A DNA stretch of 64,000 nt from Podarcis pityusensis (lineage: Eukaryota). This document shows positions 49,666 to 62,000 of the stretch, piece after piece. The stretch lies in NCBI GenBank assembly GCA_964106645.2, contig OZ067049.1. The stretch is one strand, 5' to 3'. The notes below the pieces were generated by a model. The model had not been told where the DNA came from. It did no database searches and was given only the letters and a program-made list of their open reading frames with translations. The position numbers and the translations under genes are program-made. The first letter of the stretch is position 1, and each line of letters starts with the position of its first letter.

Positions 49666-52600
49666 AGGAGAACTAATGATAGTCTACATCATTTTGTGCT
49701 ATACTCTAGGGCTGTGAATGAGTTACTCTCAGCATATGAAACCAAAGGGAAATGCTATGTCTTAAAATTGGGGGGGGGTTGTTCCAGAAAAATAGGAATA
49801 ACTGGGCCCACCCCTCCCAGTTTTTCTATTCCCCTCTCTCCCAACCTTCACATCTCTAGTTCCTTGGGTGTCTGTCTTTGACACTGTTCCTCAAAATGCA
49901 GTTCATGAGATTGTGGTAAGCAGCACTATCCATAGATAAAATTTTAGTAGGTGTTGTCTTTTCCCCCTGAATTTAAAATGTTATGTGCTGCACTGTAAGA
50001 CACATCATGATTCACCTCAACAACAGAGTTGCAACCAGTCACATAAAGTGACAGGGAACACTAAATTTCTTGCCATATATACTCTTGATTTCTCAACGAC
50101 TGGAGTTGCATTTTAGAAGGTAGAGGAGGGGGAAAGCCAAAACAAAGCAGCAGATTTAATTGCAAAATCAGATTACTAATGAGTTGTTGAACGAGCGTTC
50201 TATGTATTTTCTATTGTTCAGCTTTTTATATTTTCTTTTTCTTGTCTTGTGAATTGACTTCAAGCTCCCCCCTCCCTTTTGTATAGAGGGACTGACAAAT
50301 GTAATAAGCAGTAGTGGTAATTAATAATACCCCTGGCCCTAACTCATTCTGGGAGGGGAAATGGCAGTATTTTGAGGGGTCAAAAAAAACACTTGAATGT
50401 TTTCTGAGGAAAAAAATGTCTCCTGAGAGACATTTCAGCTCAGCTGTACCAAAGTAGTCATGGTTTATTTGGTGGAGGGGGTTGCTTGCATGCTTGTTTC
50501 TACACAAATAATTTTGAACTGAGCAGAATTCACTGTGAACTCCTCCTCCTCCTCCTCCTCCTCAGTCCCCCTTGAAGCAGAGGCTGCCTGCTCTTGTGCA
50601 GCTTCCAGTCACTCCAGAAGGGCTTACAAAAGAATACTTCCCCAGTGGATTGGGTCCTGAGGCCAAGTCGTCTTTCTCTTTTGGAAGCAAATCACGTGGC
50701 CTCAAAGTAATAAAAATGTAATCCTGAAAGTGTAGAGCAAAGCTGAAGAAAATCGTGGCAGGCGTGCTTTTACATATAGCCTAACTGTACGTTCTGTTCA
50801 GAGGGTTTATCCCTTACTTAGCCTTTAATAAAGTTGGATTCGGAGGTATTTATATCCAAATAAGAAAATAAAATTAATTTCTTTCTTCAGAGTATCAGAA
50901 AGAGAGCGTGTCCTCTGAGCGGAAATAGAAAAGGACACTTAAACTTTAGCCTTGGTTTCACTTACTGATTTGCAGTATTTTTATCTTGCTCGTCAATGAC
51001 AAGTTCTCTTGATGGTGTACAATTTATTCTTTACCTCATAAAAAAATTAAAATCCAATATGAATGTAAAATCAAACACAGGTTAAAGCATTGTGCCCAGG
51101 GTCTAAAAAGTACTGCAATGCAAAAAGCTTGGGGAAGGAAGAAAGCTTTTCACTTAACGCTGGAAAGACCACAATGTGGGTGCCAAGTGGGCCTCCTTGA
51201 GGAGGGTATTTCACAGCCAGTATGCCATGACTGAAAAGGCCTCCCCTTAACAGCCATTCACACCACACAGGCACCTGGAGAAGGGCCTCGGAAAATGATC
51301 TTGGGATCAATGCAGGTATATGAGATTACCCTTCAGATAACGCCTGCAAAAGAAATCTATGATAATGCTTGAGGATCTTTTAAGGGCAGTGGCATGGAAT
51401 GGAATGGAAGGTGGACAACAGAAAGAGGGGAGAGTATGTAGATAAAATCTGACGGCCAGATTCAAATAAACCTTTTGCGCATGCAGCCTGGAAATATTTA
51501 ATTAAGCACAGTTCCTGATTTTTGTCTGATCTGAAAAACTCTGGTTTCCTGGAATATAAAACCTTCAAACCACGTGTTATGAGTTTAAAATAGTATGTCT
51601 TCAGAATGCCAGGACAGTCCCTTAACTCAGGGTCTGCCTGGCAAGACGCTAATGCCCTGAGGGGATAGAGTCCTGTATCACCATTTTTGGATCAGCATTC
51701 CACAGTCACAGTGTCAAAACAATTTCCTAACTTCCTTGAGCTGCTTAGTTGAAGTTTACAACTCAGTATAGCCAGCAACCTAACTTTCGGCCTTCGTTCT
51801 TCAGGCTCTCATACATGAAACACAAACCCCCTGAATAAGGTTTCGTTCTTTCCCATTTCCCAATTCAACATACTTTTTGTTGAAGTTCTGTTAGTCCATC
51901 TGCTTCTTCTCTCGGCCTGCTCTCCCCCCTCCCTTTCCACTCTTCCACTCTCCTAATTTCTGCTTTGTTTTAGCTTTTGGTCCCACTATCAGGTAGGAGC
52001 AAAGGGGAAAGGCTTGCTTGCATCCCTGCTTACTAAGCTGAGGAGTTTGAATTTGCTCAGTAGAACTTACTCAAGGGCCAAGTCAGGTCTCCACTGACGT
52101 TATCCTTACCGCTAAAGAAAAAGGGACAGACAGGTGGAGATGAAATAAAAAGCACTTCCTGCTGAGTAATGATGCTTTTAGTTAAACCCTGTTACCCTTT
52201 TAATTACTTAAACATATGTTCCAAATAGTGCAAATCTCTCTTGAAGCATGATGAGATACTCAGTTTTTTCCTTGGTGAATCAGAGGGTCATTGCAGAGTC
52301 ATTCATTTCCAGTGACTTTGGCATGTAAATTTGAGTTTTGCAGGATGTAAATTCTAACACATTGCTGACCTCTATCTCTTATTCTTCTGACTCCAGTGTT
52401 AATTAGTTAATGCTAGAATGAGCATTTACTCCCAGCAGATTTTCTCAAGATTTTCAAGCATTTTCTACAATTATGAGGTTGATTTGAAGTCATTTTGGAG
52501 ATGAATGTTGCTTAATGAAGGTCTCCACTTACTCAGCTTTTGAGATCCAGCAATGAAAACATTTGTTCGAGAAAGTATTTAATGCACGTTTGTGTGCGTG

Positions 52601-54164
52601 GAGCTAAACATTCCTTTCCAAAACTTATCTTGACTTCCTTGTGGCCAGGTCACAAGATGCTTGTGCTTTTCCTTCTTCCTTCTCTGCATCCAGATGGGGT
52701 CATCTGAATTTTCCTTGCATTGGCCAACCCACATTTGAAAGGTTTACAGTAATAGGCATCTATTCGACATTTGTCCACAACAAGCATTTTGGATGGTCGT
52801 AAACCATGTTTGCACTTTGTTCAGGGAGCAAAGGTACCCAAATACAATGCTGCCAAGGTCCTAACACAGCCCCACACTTTGTGCAAGACCTACATTGTTC
52901 TGCCATACCTCTATCAATGTAATAGTCAGTTTCATGTTGGGATGGTATCTAGGGATGATTACATATCCTGAAAGAGATGCATATTTCATTTAGTTGAATA
53001 ACTTCCTCTCCTTCCATTCCTACTTCGGGGGGGGGGGTGACCCAATATTTTGGTGCCTGAGGAAGAAAATCTAAAAGGTGTCCCTCATCCCCATGATAAG
53101 ATAGGCTGAAGTTAAGGAACTAGCATTTAGCTGCCCTCTCTTGGCACTGCCTCATTTGCCCATAATGGCAAGGCTAGAAGCCCTACCCTTCTCCACAAAA
53201 GCTGGTCCCCAACCTCCTAGTGCATGATTCCCCCCCCCCCAAAAAAATGTGTCCAATTTAAATGATTTTATTTTAGTACTTGGTAACTCTGTTGGAAATA
53301 TAATGCTTGAGGGGTGAGAAAGCCAAAGTTAAATCTATGTGTGATTTAGTCCTGGCAGTAAGCCTCTCAACCATTTCAAGATTGGAGCGTTCTGCTCTGC
53401 ACTCCTCTGAATGAGATTTTTGGATCCGACTACCTACACACTGAGCATTGTGCCAGATTTTTGCAATTCGCATGAGTGGCGGCGGGCTGATCGTTCCCTT
53501 CTCCCGATGGCAAGGCTTGCAGAATTATAAGCATAAGTGAGTGCTTACTGTTGGGGGCTTTAGAGACAAGTGCCTGTAGGTGTTGTGGTTTTTTTCCTTC
53601 CAGGTAATAACATGGCAAATCCAATTTGCAATTGCCGAATAAGCCTCGAAGTAAAATATGATCTTCATAGCAGCATTGGTCAAGGGGTTACTGCTAATCA
53701 CAGTGCCGGCTTGCTTCCACGGCAGCCTCTGCCTTTAAAACGGCACGTTGAACTGTGTGAATCTGTTTGAGCTCGCCAGCATAGATTTAGACACCCCGGC
53801 CTCTCGCTTATTAGGTTCCTCTTTGTCACAGTGCTTAATCCTACTGCCTGATCCTTGTTAGAACAGGAGCGCGGCTGAGGCCTCTAATAAAGGAGGCGGG
53901 GTGCGAGGCTGCAAGCCAGGCGCACTCAAGCATGAAGTGCTTAGGGCAATTGCTGCCTGGCTGGGAGAGGGGTGGAGTGCTGGTTCCTGCATGTTATTAC
54001 GCGAGAGGAGAACAGGCCTTCAGACAGGTGACAGAAGAGGAATGACAAATGGTTCAGAGGGCCCGTCTGGGACCAGCATCCATCTTTCTCCTTTGCACAT
54101 GCACCAAGGTCATTAGGCTCACCCACTTTCTCCTCCTGGGCTACATTAAGGGTCATGTGGTGCA

Positions 54165-54404
54165 GTCGTTAAGTGGTTAAGAGCGCTAGGCTTGTAATCT
54201 GGTGAACCGGGTTCGTGTCTCCGCTCCTCCACATGCAGCTGCTGGGTGACCTTGGGCCAGTCACACTTCTTTGAAGTCTCTCAGCCCCACTCACCTCACA
54301 GAGTGTTTGTCGTGGGGGATGAAGGGAAAGGAGGATGTTAGCCGCTTTGAGACTCCTTCGGGTAGTGATAAAGCGGGATATCAAATCCAAACTCTTCTTC
54401 TTCT
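54165..54404 (+). mobile_element. Squam3-like tRNA/CORE SINE
   Basis: tRNA head (agtggttaagagcg...gggttcg), CORE-like gggtgaccttgggccagtcac, (CTT)n tail; 12-bp TSD tcatgtggtgca/tcatgtgctgca. Confidence 0.85.
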
Positions 54405-55193
54405 TCATGTGCTGCACAGAGCATGGAAAATGTACACTGTGTCACCACAGCGAACCACAGCAACTTTGGGGGGCACCTGCTCTCAAGCAGCCCATCCCTC
54501 TAGTGCTGCTTAGCTCAGCTACCACACGCTTCCCCGTATAATGCCTGAATTTCATGTATTGCTGCCACTTGTTAATCCAGCACTAGGGAAGTGAAGTTGT
54601 TCTGATAGCTTTGCCAGTGTGTAATACAAGGGGGCAACAGAGGCCCAGCCCCCCCCCCCCTGCATATTATGCACAGCCCTTACTTACCTTGTAAAATCTC
54701 ACATAAGGCACGATTCAGCAGAACCTAGACTCATCTCTCAGCCATGCCCAAATTCACATTAGCAGGGAAAGAGCTTTGTGACATTTTTGCTCACAACAAT
54801 AATTCAACCTGGCATTTTAAAGACTCAGAACTTTATTTGAGAGCGCTTTTTTCTTTTTTTTCTAATTACTTTAGTTTCCTTCATTAGTCTGTAACTTAGG
54901 GCAGGTAACCAAGCCCCAAAGGCAGCTCCCCAAGCCTCCCTTCCAGGCCATACACACCCCTCCCCAGGCCGCAACCCTCACAGCCATGCTGTGTGCCTTT
55001 TGTCTAGCTGGAATGTGTTTTCAAACTTGCTGGTCTGGATGGAAGAGGAAGAGAGGGATGTGTGTAGAAGCTTCTTGACCAGAATGAAGTCTACCGTACA
55101 ATGTTCAGAGTCACATCTGATGCTCTTCCCAACTTTTGCCTCTGGCCCCTCCCACCAAAGGAAGGTTGTCCATGAGGGAATGTGATTCTTAGG

Positions 55194-55328
55194 CAGGCAT
55201 AGGCAAACTCGGCCCTCCAGGTGTTTTGGGACTACAACTCCCATCATCCCTGACCACCGGTCCTGTTAGCTAGGGATGATGGGAGTTGTAGTCCCAAAGC
55301 ATCTGGAGGGCCGAGTTTCCTATGCCTG
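55194..55328. mobile_element. Young hAT-type MITE (near-perfect 135-bp hairpin)
   Basis: CAGGCATAGG..AAACTCGGCCCTCCAG / CTGGAGGGCCGAGTTT.CCTATGCCTG; 8-bp TSD ttcttagg/ctcttagg. Confidence 0.88.
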
Positions 55329-55885
55329 CTCTTAGGCATAAAAACAAAGATCCTAGCCAATCTAGGTGGGGCTTGAAGTCACGGCCGAGCTGATTGGAGA
55401 TCATTGGGAGCTCCTGAGTGGAAACAATCCCAGTAGGGTTTGTATCTGGCGCCAGATTTAGAAGGAACAACCTGGAGTGCATTTTAAAGTGCTTGGCTGT
55501 TCCTTTGCAGCTGTGTCTTTACACACATGTGACTTGTGGGTGTGGCTCAAGGAAAATGGCTTCACAGGCCAAATTAAAACTCCTTCTGCATCTGATTAGG
55601 TCCATGGCCTGGAGGTTCCCAACACTTATGGATGCAGGATAATTTGGTGTCAACTCAGTAGGATGTACTTCTGAGTTAACAGAAATTAGATTTGATTGCA
55701 CAAATAGTGTCTTATTCAGACTTTCTCGGAAAGAAGTTGACTTCAACTCATTAGGACTCTTTACTTACAGGTAAATATGTTTAGAATCACATTGCACCTT
55801 GGTTGATTCTCTCGCTCATGGTTCTTTAAATGCTGGAGTTATTTAAATTATCCAAGAAGAGTAAATGCCTGTTCAATCCTTTCAG

Positions 55886-56018
55886 GTAACTTGGATTTGA
55901 CCGGTCAAAAGCAAGTCTTCAAAGCGGAGAACAATCCCTGGGTCACCCCTATTGCAGATCAGTTCCAGCTGGGCATTTCTCATGTGTTTGAATATATTCG
56001 GTCAGAGACATACAAATA
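55886..56018 (+). CDS. RSU1: RSU1 exon 8
   Basis: cctttcag| acceptor; NLDLTGQKQVFKAENNPWVTPIADQFQLGISHVFEYIRSETYK(Y); TA|gtgagt donor; 133 nt. The final exon is not seen in the window. Confidence 0.97.
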
Positions 56019-59000
56019 GTGAGTATTGTGCTTCCATTTGTCTTCAATAGCTTTTCTCTTTCTTTCTTTTTAATGGAGTTGTGGCACAAAGCCCCTGTGA
56101 GCTTATCAGGGTCAGTTACCTCAATGACTCAACCCACCCGAACCAAACTGAAGATGGAGGTGCTCCTATTAAGCCCTTCCTCCCCAGAATGAATAGCAGC
56201 AGAGACTATGCCACACTTTATCGCCACTGCCCAGTCCATACCATTTGCCTGCACCTTGGCTTGTGTGTTGGAATGCACAGCTGAGGCACATAAAGGGGAG
56301 GATTCTGGTGGAGCATCTGTTCCTGTTCACAAAGTTGGTGGCCTGGAGTGCCTAGAGAGCACCTATGCTGTGTCTTAGCTCAGAAGAAAGTGTCTTAAGG
56401 TACTTTATTTATTTACATTATCTAACTGTATGCTGCTTTTTCAGGTGGACTTCACAAAGCAAATTCAGTAATATATTTTTTTTAAAAATGGCATCAATAA
56501 AAGTTATATAATAAAACAGGAAAGACAAAAGAAACTCTTGGTCACTGAAGGAACTGCTGCTGCTTCTCTCCTCCCTTCAGGGCAAGGCAGTTCCTCAGAA
56601 GCGCCTCTGGTGGCAGCAGGAGGGGGTTGCTTAGGTAGGGTCGAACCACTAAGCTAGGTGGCTGTTGTTTACTTGATGGGGGTGTTGGCAATGTGGTGCT
56701 TTCCAGACGCCGTTGGACTACAGCTTGACCATTACCTGGAGCTGATGGGAGTTGTATTCCAACAACATTTGAAGGTCCTTACATAGGATGCTCTCTGTCA
56801 TAAACTGGTGGTTATTTGCCCAGACACTACAAAAGTACAAGGTGCATCTCAGCTTTGCAACAGCTCTGGGGTCGGAAGCGCCATGGCCAAGAAGGTTTTA
56901 TGCAGAGGGAATTATAGGTGCATAAATTATTGAACCGAGCTTCCACCTTCTGGCTTATGATGCATTTTCAATAAGCTCTTCAGTGCTGAATGAATTACCC
57001 ACCCATGGATTAGAGGATATATGTCAAATTGCAACTGCCATATGTTAGGAGTTATGATGAAACCATAACGAAATGCCTGGCTACACTGAAAGAGATGGGA
57101 ATCCAGTAATTTTTCAGCAGCGCAATCATTTTATCAGACAGAAGGATGTAATTACACATAGAGTGTGATAGATCCTTAGGTGGGCAAATGTCTTTGATGG
57201 GGTGTAGGTTTGAAAGATGGTCTTGCAAGCCATGCTTGTTCCTGCTGAAGTTTCCTGCTTACAACCAGTGGCAGCATCTGGAGGGGAAGGGCAGGTTGGA
57301 ACGTTTTTTTCTGTCTGAGTGAGAAGGCAACTTTTAATATCAACACTGTACACAAATATCTGGTTATCTTGCTTGCTCTAATAAAGGTGTGCACAGGAGG
57401 GGCGTTAAATAGCAATACAACAAATTTATTTTTAGCTGCACACTATACCTTTAAAGTACATTCAAGGCACATTCTTTCCCAGGCATTCTGGCATGCCACA
57501 TTCTGGGCATTGTAGTTCACCCCTCACAGAGTTACAATTCCCAGCAACCCATAGCAAACTACAGTGCCCAGAATTCTTTGAGGGGTAGGGAGAAACGTGC
57601 TTCAAACATGTTTTAAAGGTTTAGTGCACACTCAACATTTGTTAATTAACAACATGCATCTGATGAAGTGGCCATATGGTCAAGAATTGAAATTGATTGC
57701 CGTAAAAAAAGCTTTTTTTTCTTTTTAAGCCTACCTATACACTGATACATTTATTTTGACCATAGTATTCTGGTAGTGTCCTAGCAGTGCCTGCGTACCA
57801 ACATGTTGGTGAGGTTGCAATAGTCACATGAAGTATTTCTTTTGTTTGGCAGCCTAACCAAGGTGCACTATGCATTATGCTAGCAGCTACTGACAGGATT
57901 GTCAGCAAAGGGAAGCAGCTGCCTTGGGTGGAAGCTATTCAGGAGTGAATAGAGCTCTGTGTGCCATTTGTCCAAGCTGGCATTCCTTAAGTGAGCTTGC
58001 TCCTCTCGGGTACAGTGACAGCTTCCAGCAGGACTCAGTTGCTGGTATGGCTGGCTCTTGTGCATGCAATTGGGGGTGGGGCATCATCTTGTCCTTCACC
58101 CCAGGCGGCAAAATCTCCTGGGTACCAAAGTCCCATGGTGTGGAAAATTCTACCCCATGATAACCACCCATACAGTAAGCAGGTTTTTTATAAAGTGAGG
58201 AGAAACCTCACTGCACACACACCTGTTCAGGAATCCTGGGAAGCTAGGGTGTGGTAAAACTGCCCTCCCCAACTGGCAAGGTATTCGGTACTGTCAAATT
58301 ACAGTGTGGTTCTGTGCACATCGTGGCAAGTTATTACGTCGTAAATCATTACCTGCATCCACATTTGCTTCCATGTTGCTCTCAGGAGGTACTTGGGATT
58401 CTTTGCATGTTTACAGATGTGCAAGCAACAGAACTCCCAAGAGGAGACATGTATCATTTGCACCTTCTGTAAACAAAAAAGGAAGCTGGACCAATTGAGC
58501 AGAAATTGTTATGCAGTCTCCAGAGTGACTATGGATGTCATGCCAATTGAACCACCCCAGGTATGAGCAAAGGTGGCATCAGTTACTGAGGCCCAGTTAC
58601 CTTGCTAGCTTCACTCAACAAGCATATCACAGTCCTTCGCAGAGACCGCACCCTATCCTCGCTACTGCCGTTTATCTGGGAATGTGACTGCATAAAGATG
58701 GCTTTCTCAAATAAGTAGAAACCTGGTTTTCCAGCAGTCAAAATTGTTTGCACATAGGAAGTTGCATTATACCAGTACATTATACCTTTGGTCCAATTAA
58801 CTCAGTGTTGACTACATTGAATGTTAGAGGCTCTCCAGCCTTCCATTTAGGGATCTCTCCTAGCCCTCCCTGAAGATGCTAAGGTTTGAACCTAGGACTT
58901 TACCACAGAGAGCTTCCCAAAATAATAGCTCTTTGTTATCTTTGTGGGGGTGTTCCTTTATGCATGTTAAACAGTTTGTTTCCCTACAGAGAAGCATCAA

Positions 59001-62000
59001 AGCATATAAAGCATAACGACAGCAACTTTATCTAAAAGACAATATCTACATGGGGGGGAGTGGTTGTGCCCCTAGTCAACTTTTCAAAGTGACCTTTTTT
59101 GTTATGTGTATCCTCTGAGGATCTTGTATGTCTAGAATAGTGACAAAGACATGATGGATAGTATGATTTATTGGCTATAATATACTCAGCAACTACACAC
59201 GGGCACAAATGTTTAGAACAAAACAGCAAATGAAACTCCTATGAAGAATTGCAGTCTGGAAATATCATACAGAATTAGTGTAACATAATTAGTGACTTGA
59301 TGATGTGGTTAAACCACAATGAGCGAAGAGGGGTGGGCTTCGCTGATAGCACTTAGAAACAGGCGGCAGTTTTCCAAGTATATTCGAAGCATTAATCATG
59401 TCCTTCAGATCATTTCTCCATGGTTCATTCTTTTTTCTAAAAAGCAAATTGTTTTAGTGTTCTCATTTGTGATACTTTTTTTTTAGTTGCTACCTGATGA
59501 TTTCATCTCAGCTAAAGTATTTCCTTTACTTAAATATTTGGCAGAGGGTTGTTGTTTTTAAACAGCTGTTACACCAAATGGATTTGTCTTAACACTTGCT
59601 TTGAAATGTGCTGTTTGTATGACCTTGTCATCTGATTTCAGCAGGATTCTTAGAAAATACTTCCAATTTATTACCATTCTAGAATTAACTTCCTCTCCCC
59701 ATGGGAACTGTCAAATGGAGTTAAAAGATCCCTTGACATGATGCCTTGTGAATCAGAGTAAATCTCAATCTATATGTTTACATTCAGGAAGTTATCGTGG
59801 CAGCAACCCAAGAGTGTAGGACACTGTTAGGCGCCTAGTCTCACATATTCTGATTCTAGCATATATGTTTGCTAGAAATAGCTGTGTTTCTGGGACTCAG
59901 TGCTGTAAGAACATTTTAAATGCTCTACTCGTGTAGGTCTGCTAGATTATATGGGTAATAACCACATTAGCACTGTGTGTTCCTGGGAGCCAACAGCCCT
60001 GCTGCCAATACTTACCTGTGCAATCCAACAATAATAGAATGCTAATAGAATAGCTATAATACAATGGAAACTTCAGAATGGGTCTTTATAACAGATAGGC
60101 ACCTCTCCTTCCATTATAATCCTGAACATTATTGCCGCTCAGGTCTCAAGTCCATAACAAAGCTTCAGCCCTAGTGTACTGTCAGAAATGAGGATCACAA
60201 TTCTGATTTAGAAAAAGGTCCCAAAGTTTGCCTTAGATTTATCCTTTAACTATGTTTGCTCTGGTTTCTCAAGAGCTTAACTCAAGCAAGAAAAGTGTAA
60301 CTAATTGGAGTATAAATAAAATGAGCACTCAGTCAGTTCTTGTAGGATTTGTATTCATTGGAACATATTGAGTGCTTGTTTAACTCCTTTGTTTAAAAAG
60401 GCTTCCTTCATAAGAAAAACTCATACAAGACTGTGTATAGTAACAGATTAAAATGCAACTTCCAGCAATAATGAAACACACACACATATACATACACACA
60501 CAGTCAAAATACAGACTTCTGTAATATCCACAACATTATATTCAGTTATCAGTTCCTTGGCGCAGCGTTTTCCAACCTGGTGCCCTACAGATGTTGCTGG
60601 ACTGCAACTGCCCTCAGCCCCAGCCAGACAGCCATTGGCGAAGGGTGTCTTAGTGGTAATATACTATGGGAAATTCTTGGTGAATTCAGATGAATGAGGA
60701 AAAAGTATTGTGTAGCCAGAAGCAAATTAAGGCAGAAGAGTTATTGGTGTAAAATACAAAACCTTAGAGCAGGGGTAGGGTGGTTAGAGCATCCTAGGAT
60801 CCCCCCTCCGCCCTTGGTGGGCCATTTTGACAGGTGAGTGGACTCTGCCCACCTGCCAGTCACCTGATGTCACAATGGCGTCAGGTGAGCCATTCTTCAT
60901 TTCTAGCGCAGCAGACTACACTAGATAGGAAAATCCAAGCCCAGCCAAGCAGATCAGCTGATCCGTGTGAACTTCAAGGTCTGCTTTCTGCAAGTGTTGG
61001 TTGTGCTAAAAAGTGCCCCATGGGGAACTGCATGGTGTAGCCAGTTCTAGCTGGCTTGCTCTTGCCACCAATCAGCTGATTGGCAGTGGCAACAAGCAAG
61101 CCCATCTTGCCAGTGCACATTTGAAGGTTGTGCATTGGCAGCTGTGTCTCCAGCTGCCCCTCATCTGGCATGACAATATGCTGCTGCATGTGGGGCAGTT
61201 GGGTGTCGTTTTTTGCGGGGGGAGGCTGCATGGGCCAAAATGTGATGCTCACCAGGCCAAATTGGGTCCACATCCTTACTTTGGAGACCAATCACATTCC
61301 TCTCTTGTTTAGTAAGAGCAATGCTAAGTATGGAGGAAAAGTCTTAACCCTTTAACACTTCAAAAATGCTTTGGCTGTTCATTCCGGTTAGGTTATTTAC
61401 AACAAGGCAGGATGAGTTACTATGTACGTTGCTGTTTTTTATTTGGGACATAAATTAAAAAGCAGCATTTTTATAATAAAAGAGAACGGGCTGCGGTTTC
61501 TATTCTCAACACAGTAATATCTTGTTTTATTACATGCTGGTATTTTATGGAGCTCCAGTTTCTTATTTCAAGCTGATATTGTTTAAGGCTTTTGTGTTAT
61601 CCTTGGCTGTTTTTTACTCTGCTGTTGAGGGCTATCGGGTAGCTGTAGAACTGGCTTTTGCTTTATGGAGAGATTTTATCAACTTTTTTATCCAGCGAAG
61701 AGCTTAAGTGGAAATGATTTCAGTGTAATTTGGACAAGTCACAGTTCAGCATGGTCCTTATTTTTTATTTTAGGCAATGTATTCCCATTTCAGGGTACTT
61801 TTTAAGGTCAAAGGCACAGTGCTGAGAAATAACAGTGGCAGAAATGTTACCCTGAAATTCAGCTTCTTTTCTTTGGCTTCTGCAACAAAATTTTACATTG
61901 GGGAACAGGGAAACCAGATGGATATCTTTGCAGGAATGTCACCGTGCATGCTGGAATGCATGTAACACTGGTTCCTCATAAGATCTAGAAACTTGTTGTG

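Noticed and set aside
57656-57700. Another hammerhead-like motif gcatCTGATGAagtggccatatggtc
   Set aside because: No correctly placed GAAA or closing stems; at most a heavily decayed Penelope remnant.
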